A program made the translations under genes and the position numbers. A model generated the notes under the pieces. That model had not been told where the DNA came from, did not search any database, and saw only the letters and a program-made list of their open reading frames with translations. Source: Nemertoderma westbladi (lineage: Eukaryota > Animalia > Xenacoelomorpha). Taken from it: a stretch of 64,000 nt of DNA. Where the stretch lies: assembly GCA_032718475.1 (NCBI GenBank), contig JAUCBJ010001576.1, positions 3,578 through 67,577 of the forward strand, given 5' to 3'. How positions within the stretch are numbered: the stretch's first letter is position 1; each line of letters begins with the position of its first letter. Positions 11,009-24,200 of this stretch are shown piece after piece.

Positions 11009-12305
11009 AGGTTTACCGGTCGACCGGTACTTTCAACTTTATTGCTTACTGCAATAAAGTCAATAACTGTTATTGTATGCGCTTTTGAAGACCTTTAGCA
11101 GTTTAACCTGCCAAAATTTATATGTCTTTTGGTTTATAAATAGACTTTAGAAATTGACAAATATTTAATACCAATAAACACAACATTAGCAGAAGCCAGC
11201 CTAGTGCGCGTCCATTCACCCGCTGGATATACCCGGGAGACTGGATTCTGAGGGCTTAGATTATTATTGCAGTGTAAGCTTACTGTATTATTCGATTGAT
11301 CGTTAATAAATAATTTCTGACTAATATTATTCACTTTCGGGAAATATTAACAGTTCCTTTAGGACGTGGCGCTCTATCTAGGTAAACAGAGATATGACTT
11401 ATACTAATCACAACGGTAAGTCGGTAAGGCTTATGATTCACGTATGAGGCGCATTCTTTAGGAAATGCTTAGTTATCAGTCACAATCATGCACACTACCG
11501 GTAAAACACAATACTGCTCACTAATTTGCCGACCGTCAATGAATTTTATCATGTATTCTTTATACTGACTCATGTAGTGCTTATCAAATAGCATTAAATT
11601 CACTACAAACCACAATCATATAAGTCGCAATCGCTATATGTAACCTGTCTCTCTAACCTGTAGTGTATCAAGAAAATTGGGAAATTTGGGTTCTTTATAA
11701 ATGTTCTCCAAATAATATTTAACCAACTGATACAAAATATGACAACAGTAAAAAGCATTAAGACGGTAGGTTAAGATATGATATGACAAGTTATGAACTG
11801 ATTATACGCTCTATAATCTTAAGCCTACTAATGTTTCTTCTAAAGTCTGAAACGAATGGACTCTAGAGCCGGTGTTCCTGGCCTAGATAGAAACAACACA
11901 ACAGTATCAAGAAAAACAGTAAGACTGAACACTCCTAGCACGATCGGCCAAATATCTCCACATCGACAGAAAAAATCGCTCTGATTGGCTGTTAAGCTAA
12001 ACAAAGAACCATGTGTCCAATGGCCGTTTCCATGTCAGCAACCAGCTGTTAGATGTCGTAATCTGAATCATCAAGGCTAAGCTGTGCCAGGGTATTTGAC
12101 GCATTGCGGGTTTTTTGCCTTACCATGTCCGCCAAAGCACACATATAGAAGAATGACTTTTATGTCCGTTAAAACACCTATAACGGTACCTTGCGGGCGA
12201 GGGGGACTGAGTATATCCGCAAAAGCTTTTACATACATTGTATAAACTACCGTAGCTATTTATCCAAATATATTACATTTAGTTGCCTCAAAAGTTATTC
12301 ATGTG

Positions 12306-12977
12306 ATGGCCAAAAGAAGATCTGACATCAAAATAAGAAGAATCGAAGAAATCGATTTACCCAGAGTTCGAAATTTGGTTCATTACGGTTTGTTAGAACT
12401 GTGTTGGCCATTTTACATAAATGTTCTCTGCCGATCAACCTTCTATATTCCTGTCTCCAGTTTAATCGTCACAACATTTTATTTTACTTCCATAAGTCTA
12501 CTTTACATATTATTGGGTTTATCATTGCTACTCATATGTTTATATCAATGGCAGAAACTTGCCATTTATCGATCGATTTCAGTTCGACTCATACGAGGTC
12601 AAATATCTAGTTGGAATGAATTAAAGGGGCATTTCTTTATTAGAGGTGGGGATTTCTGGGTAGCAACTCTCGACGATAAAATAGTAGGATGTGTGGGGAT
12701 GGAGGTTTCCGAGGATGGTGTAGCAAATCTACTAAGAATGATCACAGATCCGGATCACAGGGGATGTGGGATTGCCTCTCTACTAATGGATCACTTTATT
12801 ATGGAAGCAAAGGCAAAAGGATTGCACCACCTAATGTTGGATACATCGGAATACCAATACATTGCAATGTCTTTCTATAGAAAAACAGGATGGAAACATG
12901 TTGGCAGATTTAGGATAATACTTCCGTATAATTTCATATATAATTTTTATTCAAATTATTATGAAAAATATATTTAA
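12306..12977 (+). CDS. NAT8/camello-like GNAT N-acetyltransferase, copy 1 (intronless)
   Basis: N-terminal IR motif, hydrophobic membrane segment, then FWVA...IVGCVG, LLRM.TDPDHRGCGIAS.L (acetyl-CoA binding), L.LDTS..Q..A..FY.K.GW. ATG at 12306. Confidence 0.85.
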   Translation: MAKRRSDIKIRRIEEIDLPRVRNLVHYGLLELCWPFYINVLCRSTFYIPVSSLIVTTFYFTSISLLYILLGLSLLLICLYQWQKLAIYRSISVRLIRGQISSWNELKGHFFIRGGDFWVATLDDKIVGCVGMEVSEDGVANLLRMITDPDHRGCGIASLLMDHFIMEAKAKGLHHLMLDTSEYQYIAMSFYRKTGWKHVGRFRIILPYNFIYNFYSNYYEKYI

Positions 12978-13350
12978 TTGTTTAATTAAAAAATTAACAA
13001 ATCAGTTATATGTATCAACGTATGGGCACTTATTATCATCCGGTGGTTGAGAGTAGAGGCGCTGTTATGCCTGGCACGAACTCTTTTGATGAGTGTCTTT
13101 TGGTGATTAGGGTTGTCTGTAGTCAATTCGTTACTCTGCCTCTGTGGTGGTGGTTGTTGATCTTGATATATGTCACATTTATTTCTTCATTACTGTATAT
13201 CAAGATATGTCTTGTTATAGTTATTTGATATTTAATCCTTTTATGTGTTCCAATGTTATACCTACCATCCAGATGTGTATAGAAATTTAGAACAATTTGT
13301 TATTATGTTTTTTAGTATTGCGCTATATTGATTTGCTTTAGACATAGATA

Positions 13351-13960
13351 TCAACCTGGGACCAAGGTCGAGCGAACTCGGACAGTGGAAATGAGATCCT
13401 TCCAGGCTTCCCAATTCTCCATAGTTGTCGCAATTTCGTTTCTCTCAAGTTCAGTATCCCTTTCAAGTTGATCTATATATGTTATGACCGGTCGTCCACG
13501 ACTACGCTTTCCATGAGTTGGTTGCCAGAGGAGTAGATCTGGTATGACCTCGTCTTTACTTCTCCAGCAGTGCCCACTGAATCTTAATCTGCGTTCACGG
13601 AGGGTGGTTGATACAGGTGTATTGTACCATAAAGCTCGGCGTTTGTCATGTGTTGTATCCAGCTGATGTTTAGGGCTGTCCTTAGTAGTCTTGTGTAGCA
13701 ACCATCAATGCGTTGTTTAATTGATTTGGTCAGTGTCCAGGTCTCACCCCCTTATAAAAGTACACTTTTCACTCTGTCTCGAAAGAGTCACTGTGCCTGG
13801 AGAGGTCTGATTATCAGACTGATTTCCAGATGGTATCCATTTTTGATAGAGCTACCCATCTTTGCTTTCCTAACTTCGATGTCCTTTTTGCTACTCTCTA
13901 TCCATGATCATGACTGGAAGTCGTCGACCTTCCTTTGTTGATTAGTGCGATTGCTTTGTC
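13351..13960 (-). mobile_element. Degenerate 3' fragment of an RTE-type non-LTR retrotransposon
   Basis: RRLRFSGHCWRSKDE...LLLWQPTHGKRSRGRP C-terminal motif; upstream frameshifted remnants; similar to the LINE at 15690-17575. Confidence 0.8.
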
Positions 13961-14792
13961 GCCACTACTGATTCACTCTATGATCTCCAGTTCAGTATAT
14001 AGATATGGGCGAGTACCACGCTGTAAAGCTGGTGAGTATAACTATTCCCGACATACAAACTCAGAGTACGGCTATTTTTCTCGTGGCAAAAGTTGAGATC
14101 ATGGCAATTGTTGGATAATGTTGTATATAATTAGAACTGAGATGACTAAACTGGGATGTGGGAGGTGTGCAATGGATTGGTGGATAATGATTAGGTGTCT
14201 GTACATTGGCATTGGATGGCAATGAGATCTGATGTGGCAATAATGGAGCAGATGCTGAAGTGCTACCTTTCATCATGATATTCATATTGGGTTCGTGAGC
14301 ATGTGATGTTGATGACGGTAAACTTGGATGAATGAAGACACTTAGGCGCTTGGGGAAATCGAACAATTTTTAAAGTTGGATGAGGTGTTTGAGTATATAC
14401 TGTTGGAAGTATCTTTTTGTGGATTGGAGGGTGGGGATCAAGGAGATATTAATTTTGTCTTTGAACTGTGGAACCATTGCACCTGGGATATGTAGGCCTA
14501 TATGGGGTCAAACACAGGTGAATATAGCTAGATGAAGCAATGAAAGGGGGCACATACATGATGGGAGATAATGCCATCATGGTCAATCTGGATGGCTTTC
14601 ATCATTTGGGATGGATGACTAGAGGCAGAACCAAAGGCTATGGAGTTGGGGTGAGTTAGGAATAGAGAAAGAGCCACTGACAGGTTGAAGTTCCAGGGGT
14701 ATAAACAAGAGTGGGAAGGGCCAGGGCAATGTGCAATAGTTTGAAGCACATGTGAATGATAACAATGCGCATCGGGGTGTCATCAGTTAAAC

Positions 14793-15026
14793 AGGGGGGG
14801 GGGGACTGGACGCAAAACCCGCCTTGGCGAATTAATATCCCGCCTCCATGTTAAATCCTCAATTAGGGAAATGAGGAGGTTACAGTGACACGTTATTCTA
14901 TCCAAAACAATAAACTAAAGTCCATAGAACAGGTTATAGTTTTAATTTTGGGAGTAATGAGCTGATATTTGCGTCGATTTCCCCTATTTTTATTGCGTCG
15001 AAAGTCCCCCCCCCCCCCCCCCCCCC
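14793..15026 (+). mobile_element. About 230-bp MITE-like repeat with poly-G/poly-C ends (copy A)
   Basis: Ends (G)nACTGGACGCAA and TTGCGTCGAAAGT(C)n are imperfect inverted repeats; the interior aligns by eye with the reverse complement of 63102-63311. Confidence 0.7.
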
Positions 15027-15689
15027 ATCTGCATCAGATGTGGTGAGAACCTGGCCTGAGCCAAGGTAATCGGTACATCGAGACAGATAGTGGTACCATG
15101 GGAGTAAGTCAGATTCAGCACTACAATCGAGTAGGATGTGGATGTGTTTACCTTGATAATGTACAACATTATTAGGCATGTAGTTACAATGTTGATTGTA
15201 GGAACAGAAAATGGTGCAGGAGTGGAATCATCACTGATCATGTGTTGAAGACATCCGGCAAGTTGTAGTCCCCATCGATGTGTGCCGGACGGACTCAGGA
15301 ATTGAACTGCTTGTCGGTGGGTGACAGGAATGGACAGGCGCTGAAAAAGTTGTCCATTGAACTGCGCTTCGATTGGGTGCACAAGCACAATAAGCTTGGC
15401 ACTGACCGATAGGCCATACAGGAGGAGTAGCCGGTGAGGGCCACCAGGGCGGAGAGTAAAAGGTGCGGACTACCACCTAGGCATGTAATTTATCCAATAA
15501 ACATATCCGGTCAGATCAATCAATCTTAGCGTCAGAGCCTTTATGCTGACCAATGCACGGGAGCAGAGTGTGGTTCCTACCATTGCCTAATTTGGAGGGG
15601 GTCTGGGTGTACTAACCAAAATTAACAGAGAACATCAAAGTTCACAAGGTGACAAGATACTGGTACAAGTCCTACATGATGTTGTTCAT

Positions 15690-17575
15690 GTGGAGGGCTA
15701 TCTCCTGAAAGAGAAAAAGTATGTGCCAGTTGCATGTAAACCAAAATCAAGGAAAATGGAAAATGGAGCCGCATTTATTGGAACTACAAGCGATCACAGG
15801 AGCATTGCTTGTGACCTGACTGCATCAGTTCTGAGCGTCAGATTGGAATGCAGGAGTGTACGACAGTCAAATTGTGATGCTATACCTTGAATGAGTTCAT
15901 GGACTTGTTTTCTTGTCGATGAGTGAGTTTATGGGGGTTTTAGAGAGCCAGTAAATGCTATTGCATGCTAGGCAAACATGTAAAATCTGCTGTTGTGGTT
16001 AGTAGAGGAGTGGGACAAAACAGCAGTTCCACCACGCCTGAGGTAAGGCAGGAACGCATGAGCAAGTGGAAGTCCATCAATAACAGATGTATGGTAAGCA
16101 ATGACCATGGAGTGAAAGGGATACAGCGCTGTTCGTTCATTCATGGTACTGATACCAATACTGTAGAGGTACTGGTCGATTAGAGAAATGGAGCAGCCTA
16201 TTGTAGGCCTGGACAAACGTCAGACCATGTCAGTCAAATGCAAGTCAGTTATCGGGGAATGTCATTGATCTCGATTGCTGCATAGCTATACAATAGAATT
16301 ATAATAAATCGCATCAGGGATCCCATTGAGAGACTGCTCCGTGGAAATCAGAATTGGTTCCGTAAAGGTCGTGGGACCATGGAGCCCATTCTGGCACTTA
16401 GAAGGATATTTGAAGAATTATCAAAAAAGAAAGACAGGCATCTGGCTGTTATCTTTGTTTACTTCTTCAAGGCCTTTGATTCAGTCTCTCGCTCAGCATA
16501 CTTCAGCATACTTTCATTATATGGGATTCCTGATGAAATTATTGCAGCAATCAGATCAGTATACGATGGTTCGACAACATTTGTGTCTACTGTTGATGGT
16601 GACACAGAACCATTTGTAGTGTTATGGGGCGTCCTCCAAGGAGACACACTTGCACCATTCTTGTTCATTATTGTGGTTGACTATGTTCTACGCATGTCCT
16701 TAGATCATCATAATGATGATGGGGTGATGATAACTCCACCTACTGGCTCCAGAAGTCGAGGAAATCCTGCCAAGTACCTAACTGATCTAGACTTTGCTGA
16801 TGACTTAGGAGTACTCTCAGAATCACTAGAGGGAGCCCAACGGCTCCTTAGATCATTAGAACAGGCTGCTTCTAGAGTTGGTCTTTTTATTAACTCCAAA
16901 AAGGCCAAAATTTTGACAGTTAACTTTGAAAGTCCTCAGCAAGTCTCTGACCGGATGAGCATAAGCTCAAAGGATGGTATGCTTGAGCATGTGGACGAAT
17001 GCTGTTACCTGGGATCATGGATCCAGAAGTCAGGTGAGGACCTTCGAATAAGTAAGGGAAAGGCATGGGCAGCCTTGAATAGGCTTTCCAGGATTTGGAA
17101 GTCACAGAGAATTAATCGGAAACTTAAGGTCCGATTATTTAGAGCATCAGTAGTTCCAGTACTCCTCTATGGGAGTCCATGCTGGGCTATAACTGCTGAG
17201 GACACCAAATCTCTGGATGGCACATTCACAAGAATGCTGCTACGCCGGGTTCATTGTGTCAAGTACAATGCACACATCTCCAACCAGACAGTATATAACA
17301 TTGGAGGTGTCTCATTTGTTCCCCCAAGCTTGACACAAGAGCAAAGTCGCCTCCGCTTTGCAGGACATTGCTTTCGCCGTGAGGACCAGCCAGTGCATAA
17401 TCTTGTACTTTGGCAGCCTCATGGAGTGAATAAGCATGGTGGACAGCCCATGACTTTCTTGAGACGCAACTTAAAGGACACTAGTCTTGAAGATGCGGAT
17501 GATCTAGTAAATGTCATGGGTGATAGGGAGTTGTGGCGGCGCAATTTTGTCGACAAGCCGGCACAGCATTCTTAA
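15690..17575 (+). mobile_element. Degenerate RTE-type LINE (APE remnant plus reverse transcriptase)
   Basis: SDH endonuclease motif (TSDHRSIACDL, about 15790). RT from about 16250: YRGMSL..(stop)..NQNWFRKGRGT, FFKAFDSV, GVLQGDTLAPFLF, DLDFADD, YLGS, RLRFAGHCFRR. Premature stop, deletions and a lost Asp indicate a dead copy. Confidence 0.88.
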
Positions 17576-18011
17576 AAATGCAGCTGCAATGCATCATGCC
17601 GATCCTAGTAGTAATGTCAGTTTGACGGGCGGTAGGACATAAGCGGCTGTTGTTGTAGTTTCGAGTTTAGATGGTTTGGTTATTTCTGGTGTGACCATTG
17701 TACTGACTTATTTGGAAAACGACCACACAACTAAACTTTAGCAAGGTGTGACACAACTAGCCATAGTCTAAATTCCGGTACATAGATAAAATGTAAAACC
17801 AATACATATTTGATGAGATTTAATTTTAGGTGGTAAAGGCTACTTGGTAACTATATGTATAATAATAATGCTATTAAATAAAATATACTGATATCGGACT
17901 TTGGACTATACATTACAATAATTAGACTTGTGAAAGATAACCAATAAAATGAAAAGTTTGCATCCTTTTTGCCTTGACAATTAATTAATTAATTATTAAT
18001 TTGTTAATGAA

Positions 18012-18683
18012 ATGTCGCAGAGTAGATCTGACATCAAAATAAGAAGAATCGAAGAAATCGATTTACCCAGAGTTCGTAATTTGGTTCATTACGGTTTGTT
18101 AGAACTGTGTTGGCCATTTTACATAAATGTTCTCTGCCGATCAACCTTCTATATTCCTGTCTCCAGTTTAATCGTCACAACATTTTATTTTACTTCCATA
18201 AGTCTACTTTACATATTATTGGGTTTATCATTGCTACTCATATGTTTATATCAATGGCAGAAACTTGCCATTTATCGATCGATTTCAATTCGACTCATAC
18301 GAGGTCAAATATCTAGTTGGAATGAATTAAAGGGGCATTTCTTTATTAGAGGTGGGGATTTCTGGGTAGCAACTCTCGATGATAAAATAGTAGGATGTGT
18401 GGGGATGGAAGTTTCCGAGGATGGTGTAGCAAATCTACTAAGAATGATCACAGATCCGGATCACAGGGGATGTGGGATTGCCTCTCTACTAATGGATCAC
18501 TTTATTATGGAAGCTAAGGCAAAAGGATTGCACCACCTAATGTTGGATACATCGGAATACCAATACATTGCAATGTCTTTCTATAGAAAAACAGGATGGA
18601 AACAAGTTGGCAGATATACTGTAAACATGCCGCTCAATTACCCATACAAATTGTATAAAAATTATTACGAAAAATTCATTTAA
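18012..18683 (+). CDS. NAT8/camello-like GNAT N-acetyltransferase, copy 2 (intronless)
   Basis: Same GNAT motifs as copy 1; about 99% identical over the core, with different termini. Confidence 0.85.
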   Translation: MSQSRSDIKIRRIEEIDLPRVRNLVHYGLLELCWPFYINVLCRSTFYIPVSSLIVTTFYFTSISLLYILLGLSLLLICLYQWQKLAIYRSISIRLIRGQISSWNELKGHFFIRGGDFWVATLDDKIVGCVGMEVSEDGVANLLRMITDPDHRGCGIASLLMDHFIMEAKAKGLHHLMLDTSEYQYIAMSFYRKTGWKQVGRYTVNMPLNYPYKLYKNYYEKFI

Positions 18684-19236
18684 AATTTGATTGATTATTA
18701 ACAATCATATAATAAAATACATCATATATTTTATATCGTTTAATGAATTAGTTATAGTTGATGAGATATTTCAATCGAGTTTACTACTAACACCGTTTGT
18801 ATTTATTTACTCAAATAAACGCCCCTTCAATGTGCACTATATTGATACCAGTACATAATTCCTCCTATGAGTTCAAAATTTAGCGTATTTATTCATTTTG
18901 ATATTTCGGATTAACAGATGTTACCTACCTCTGCACTTCGAACCTGTTTGCTTATCAAATCTCAAGTATACTCTAATACGGTTTGCTGTGCATGTATGAT
19001 TAAATGGGTAAGGTCTAATGGGCCGTGGGGTCACATGGGTCTAGTAGTTCACTCTTGAATTGCTGAAGTAGGCATTCTGTCTAACGAGGTAAGACTTACT
19101 GTACTTTTGTACTTGTAGGCAGTGTAAGTGTAGAACCTGGGGGTAGGTGTTTAAGTTAACACCGAGTCTTACTTGTTATTTTATTAATGATATGTTCAGA
19201 ACCTCGTTGACTGATTTTTACTCATTAAGTTCGTTC

Positions 19237-19297
19237 GTGTAGCAAACCTACTCTGATTATCATAAGTGTAGCAAACCTACTCTGATTATCATAAGTG
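19237..19297. repeat. 29-bp tandem duplication
   Basis: gtgtagcaaacctactctgattatcataa occurs twice. Confidence 0.85.
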
Positions 19298-19495
19298 CGA
19301 GAATTCCGTACACGAAGTCTATAACTACCATTATATTGTCTAGTAAAATAAATCATAAATTATTTACAGAATTAACATCAACAAAATATAAACGTAACAA
19401 ATATACAAAAATAAAGACAAACATACAAAATATCATTTAACGAAAAATTAATATATAGGATATTGCCGATGGATTACATGAAGAGAGGCAAAACA

Positions 19496-19501
19496 TTTAT
19501 T
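19496..19501 (-). promoter_or_regulatory. Candidate polyadenylation signal of the KIF3B-like gene
   Basis: AATAAA on the minus strand about 65 nt after the stop codon. Confidence 0.4.
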
Positions 19502-19565
19502 ATCTTATCTCTTATACAATTCAGTAGCTGCAAATGGTACCACCCCCATCCCCTTGGAGGCTACA

Positions 19566-19898
19566 CTAGTAGAACTGTCCGCGCCTCTCACCGCCTCCCT
19601 TTTTCCTCCGACCGGTACTAGGACGGCCGTGGCTCCTCGCGATCCTCCTAGCTTCCTCCTCCAACGACACCTCGATGTCTCCCTCGTGCTGCAACGCCGC
19701 ATCCAACACCGCCTGAACCCGCGGCGCAACCGTCGGACCCTCGTAGTCCCGGGTCGTCCGGTACGGCATGTCCAACTCCAGGCTGAGGACGTTGTCCACC
19801 ATGTACCGGGCGTTGTGAGTCACTTGAGCGGCGCGTTTAGCGAACGCAGTCCACGGCCTTCGGTTACCTACCGCCGATTTCGGTCGCTTCGCCATCTC
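19566..19898 (-). CDS. KIF3B: Kinesin-II KIF3B-like exon 9 (tail, stop)
   Basis: cag|GAG acceptor; [36 protein letters not shown] resembles the KIF3B/KRP95 tail. Confidence 0.88.
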   Translation of the reverse strand, partial: EMAKRPKSAVGNRRPWTAFAKRAAQVTHNARYMVDNVLSLELDMPYRTTRDYEGPTVAPRVQAVLDAALQHEGDIEVSLEEEARRIARSHGRPSTGRRKKGGGERRGQFY

Positions 19899-20090
19899 CT
19901 GGAGAAATAAGGAAGAAGAGTTGCGGGAATATCCAAGTCTAGAACCAAATCCTACAGATTGTCGATTTCCAAGTGGCTTTAGAAATTATATGTCAATATC
20001 AATAATGATAATTGTGTAAATTAAATCCCGTTGTTTACATTGATAAAATATTTAATATCAAAGAAATAATATTAATTAGCCTAATCTAAC

Positions 20091-20327
20091 CTCTGTTCCT
20101 TCCTTAGCGCTGGTGAGTTTCCATTGGTCCGTTTCGTCATCCCAGTAAGCTTTATCGGCTGTTTTGGTTCGCTCCTCTGGGGGTATAAAGTTCTCAATAA
20201 TAAGAAGTTTTAACTTTAAGTGTCTCGTTAGTTCTGTAAGAGTTTGTTCCAAATCCTGTCGTTCCCTGGATTGTTCCGCCTTTTCATCTTCGATTTCATC
20301 CTTTACAACTTCCAGTTTACTAAACAA
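20091..20327 (-). CDS. KIF3B: KIF3B-like exon 8
   Basis: tag|TTG...GAG|gttaga; LFSKL...[16 protein letters not shown]...[10 protein letters not shown]. Confidence 0.9.
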
Positions 20328-20936
20328 CTAGAAATCAGAAATGAAACAATAAATAGCTGTTATGTAACTTTATACGACGGGAGACTTTATGCGACGGGTG
20401 AGAAAACTTTATAGGCAAGGCGGGAAACAAGGTCGACTACCAATTACTTTTATTTTTCTCGGTATATATTGAAACAATAATGTTATCGCAGGTACAGTGA
20501 AACGACAAAGTATGACTACGACCCCATTGTATATTGTTATAACAATAATTATAGAAACCTTAATAAAAAGCAAACTTAATAAAAACAACTTATATATAAC
20601 CAATCAGTATCCATTGACTTTTTTCGCCGGGAAAAAAATAAAAATCAATGCATTCCTATTGATAAATTTTTTTCATAGGGAAAAAGTACTTATATTTTTT
20701 CTAATTTTGAGGTATATTCGAGCGGAAAAGTAACAATTTAAGAATAAAACTTATTATTTAATTCGAAATTCAACAACATAAGCTCTGGATTGGCTCCGAT
20801 TAGATCTAATGTTTTAATGAAATTAATTGCGCGTCCCCCCCCCCCCCCCCCCCCCCCCCCGCGGTCCACGCCATGTGTTGGACATTTAGACTGAAACTAA
20901 AAGGAAGAATTCTGAACCCAATGAAATAATTAATAC

Positions 20937-21161
20937 CTTTTTAAGTTTTTTCGTTTTAACATCAACTTCCTCCTTTAACGAACTATAAGTCTCCTTCATA
21001 TCGAGAGCTGTCTCTTCTTTCTCAGCCAACCTCTGTTGCATCTCTCGCTCTTTCCTTTGCTGTTCGAATATTTCAGTTCGCCGTTTATCTAACGCCATCT
21101 GCTGCTCCTTGGTGTGGTCGAAGATAGTTTTACCGCCGACTAACAATTTGCTCTCCATACT
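20937..21161 (-). CDS. KIF3B: KIF3B-like exon 7 (coiled-coil stalk)
   Basis: tag|AGT...AAG|gtatta; SMESKLLVGGK...SSLKEEVDVKTKKLKK. Confidence 0.92.
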
Positions 21162-21202
21162 CTATAAACGTGAAATAAGTTACTTCGATTGCCGATCATA
21201 TT

Positions 21203-24200
21203 GTAACTCCAGATGGATATCAGACACGCCTTACTTAGAGTGGTGCTACTTGGGTAACTCCAGATGGATATCAGACACGCCTTACTTAGAGTGGGGCTAC
21301 TTGGGTAACTCCAGATGGATATCAGACACGCCTTACTTAGAGTGGTGCTACTTGGGTAACTCCAGATGGATATCAGACACGCCTTACTTAGAGTGGTGCT
21401 ACTTGGGTAACTCCAGATGGATATCAGACACGCCTTACTTAGAGTGGTGCTACTTGGGTAACTACAGATGGATATCAGACACGCCTTACTTAGAGTGGTG
21501 CTACTTGGGTAACTCCAGATGGATATCAGACACGCCTTACTTAGAGTGGTGCTACTTGGGTAACTCCAGATGGATATCAGACACGCCTTACTTAGAGTGG
21601 TGCTACTTGGGTAACTACAGATGGATATCAGACACGCCTTACTTAGAGTGGTGCTACTTGGGTAACTCCAGATGGATATCAGACCCGCCTTACTTAGAGT
21701 GGTGCTACTTGGGTAACTCCAGATGGATATCAGACCCGCCTTACTTAGAGTGGTGCTACTTGGGTAACTCCAGATGGATATCAGACCCGCCTTACTTAGA
21801 GTGGTGCTACTTGGGTAACTACAGATGGATATCAGACACGCCTTACTTAGAGTGGTGCTACTTGGGTAACTACAGATGGATATCAGACACGCCTTACTTA
21901 GAGTGGTGCTACTTGGGTAACTCCAGATGGATATCAGACACGCCTTACTTAGAGTGGTGCTACTTGGGTAACTCCAGATGGATATCAGACCCGCCTTACT
22001 TAGAGTGGTGCTACTTGGGTAACTACAGATGGATATCAGACACGCCTTACTTAGAGTGGTGCTACTTGGGTAACTACAGATGGATATCAGACACGCCTTA
22101 CTTAGAGTGGTGCTACTTGGGTAACTACAGATGGATATCAGACACGCCTTACTTAGAGTGGTGCTACTTGGGTAACTACAGATGGATATCAGACACGCCT
22201 TACTTAGAGTGGTGCTACTTGGGTAACTCCAGATGGATATCAGACACGCCTTACTTAGAGTGGTGCTACTTGGGTAACTCCAGATGGATATCAGACACGC
22301 CTTACTTAGAGTGGTGCTACTTGGGTAACTCCAGATGGATATCAGACACGCCTTACTTAGAGTGGTGCTACTTGGGTAACTCCAGATGGATATCAGACAC
22401 GCCTTACTTAGAGTGGTGCTACTTGGGTAACTACAGATGGATATCAGACACGCCTTACTTAGAGTGGTGCTACTTGGGTAACTCCAGATGGATATCAGAC
22501 ACGCCTTACTTAGAGTGGTGCTACTTGGGTAACTACAGATGGATATCAGACACGCCTTACTTAGAGTGGTGCTACTTGGGTAACTCCAGATGGATATCAG
22601 ACACGCCTTACTTAGAGTGGTGCTACTTGGGTAACTCCAGATGGATATCAGACACGCCTTACTTAGAGTGGTGCTACTTGGGTAACTCCAGATGGATATC
22701 AGACACGCCTTACTTAGAGTGGTGCTACTTGGGTAACTACAGATGGATATCAGACACGCCTTACTTAGAGTGGTGCTACTTGGGTAACTCCAGATGGATA
22801 TCAGACACGCCTTACTTAGAGTGGTGCTACTTGGGTAACTCCAGATGGATATCAGACACGCCTTACTTAGAGTGGTGCTACTTGGGTATCTACAGATGGA
22901 TATCAGACACGCCTTACTTAGAGTAGTGCTACTTGGGTAACTACAGATGGATATCAGACACGCCTTACTTAGAGTGGTGCTACTTGGGTAACTCCAGATG
23001 GATATCAGACACGCCTTACTTAGAGTGGTGCTACTTGGGTAACTACAGATGGATATCAGACACGCCTTACTTAGAGTGGTGCTACTTGGGTAACTACAGA
23101 TGGATATCAGACACGCCTTACTTAGAGTGGTGCTACTTGGGTAACTACAGATGGATATCAGACACGCCTTACTTAGAGTGGTGCTACTTGGGTAACTACA
23201 GATGGATATCAGACACGCCTTACTTAGAGTGGTGCTACTTGGGTAACTCCAGATGGATATCAGACACGCCTTACTTAGAGTGGTGCTACTTGGGTAACTA
23301 CAGATGGATATCAGACACGCCTTACTTAGAGTGGTGCTACTTGGGTAACTACAGATGGATATCAGACACGCCTTACTTAGAGTGGTGCTACTTGGGTAAC
23401 TCCAGATGGATATCAGACACGCCTTACTTAGAGTGGTGCTACTTGGGTAACTACAGATGGATATCAGACACGCCTTACTTAGAGTGGTGCTACTTGGGTA
23501 ACTACAGATGGATATCAGACACGCCTTACTTAGAGTGGTGCTACTTGGGTAACTACAGATGGATATCAGACACGCCTTACTTAGAGTGGTGCTACTTGGG
23601 TAACTCCAGATGGATATCAGACACGCCTTACTTAGAGTGGTGCTACTTGGGTAACTCCAGATGGATATCAGACACGCCTTACTTAGAGTGGTGCTACTTG
23701 GGTAACTCCAGATGGATATCAGACACGCCTTACTTAGAGTGGTGCTACTTGGGTAACTCCAGATGGATATCAGACACGCCTTACTTAGAGTGGTGCTACT
23801 TGGGTAACTCCAGATGGATATCAGACACGCCTTACTTAGAGTGGTGCTACTTGGGTAACTACAGATGGATATCAGACACGCCTTACTTAGAGTGGTGCTA
23901 CTTGGGTAACTCCAGATGGATATCAGACACGCCTTACTTAGAGTGGTGCTACTTGGGTAACTACAGATGGATATCAGACACGCCTTACTTAGAGTGGTGC
24001 TACTTGGGTAACTACAGATGGATATCAGACACGCCTTACTTAGAGTGGTGCTACTTGGGTAACTCCAGATGGATATCAGACACGCCTTACTTAGAGTGGT
24101 GCTACTTGGGTAACTCCAGATGGATATCAGACACGCCTTACTTAGAGTGGTGCTACTTGGGTAACTACAGATGGATATCAGACACGCCTTACTTAGAGTG

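Larger units (their letters stand above)
1..11900 (-). mobile_element. BEL/Pao element body including presumed long UTRs; boundaries uncertain, no LTR pair found in the window
   Basis: Intact ORF flanked by repeat-containing non-coding DNA. No matching LTR pair seen, so the 3' LTR is probably left of position 1. Extent is inferred. Confidence 0.45.

Noticed and set aside
12047-12233. Candidate 5' LTR (TGTTAG...TTTACA) with an adjacent TGG-starting PBS-like sequence
   Set aside because: There is no second copy in the window and the PBS-like sequence matches no tRNA 3' end that I recognise. It may instead be promoter DNA (CCAAT at about 11983).
14000-15480. Possible decayed Penelope-like or other retroelement, and hammerhead-like CTGATGA (minus strand, about 14780)
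   Set aside because: No convincing protein motif, and no GAAA core with paired stems.
20493-20875. TACAGTGAAAC Tc1/pogo-like end and a poly-C tract in intron 7
   Set aside because: No matching opposite terminus or TSD found; probably fragments.
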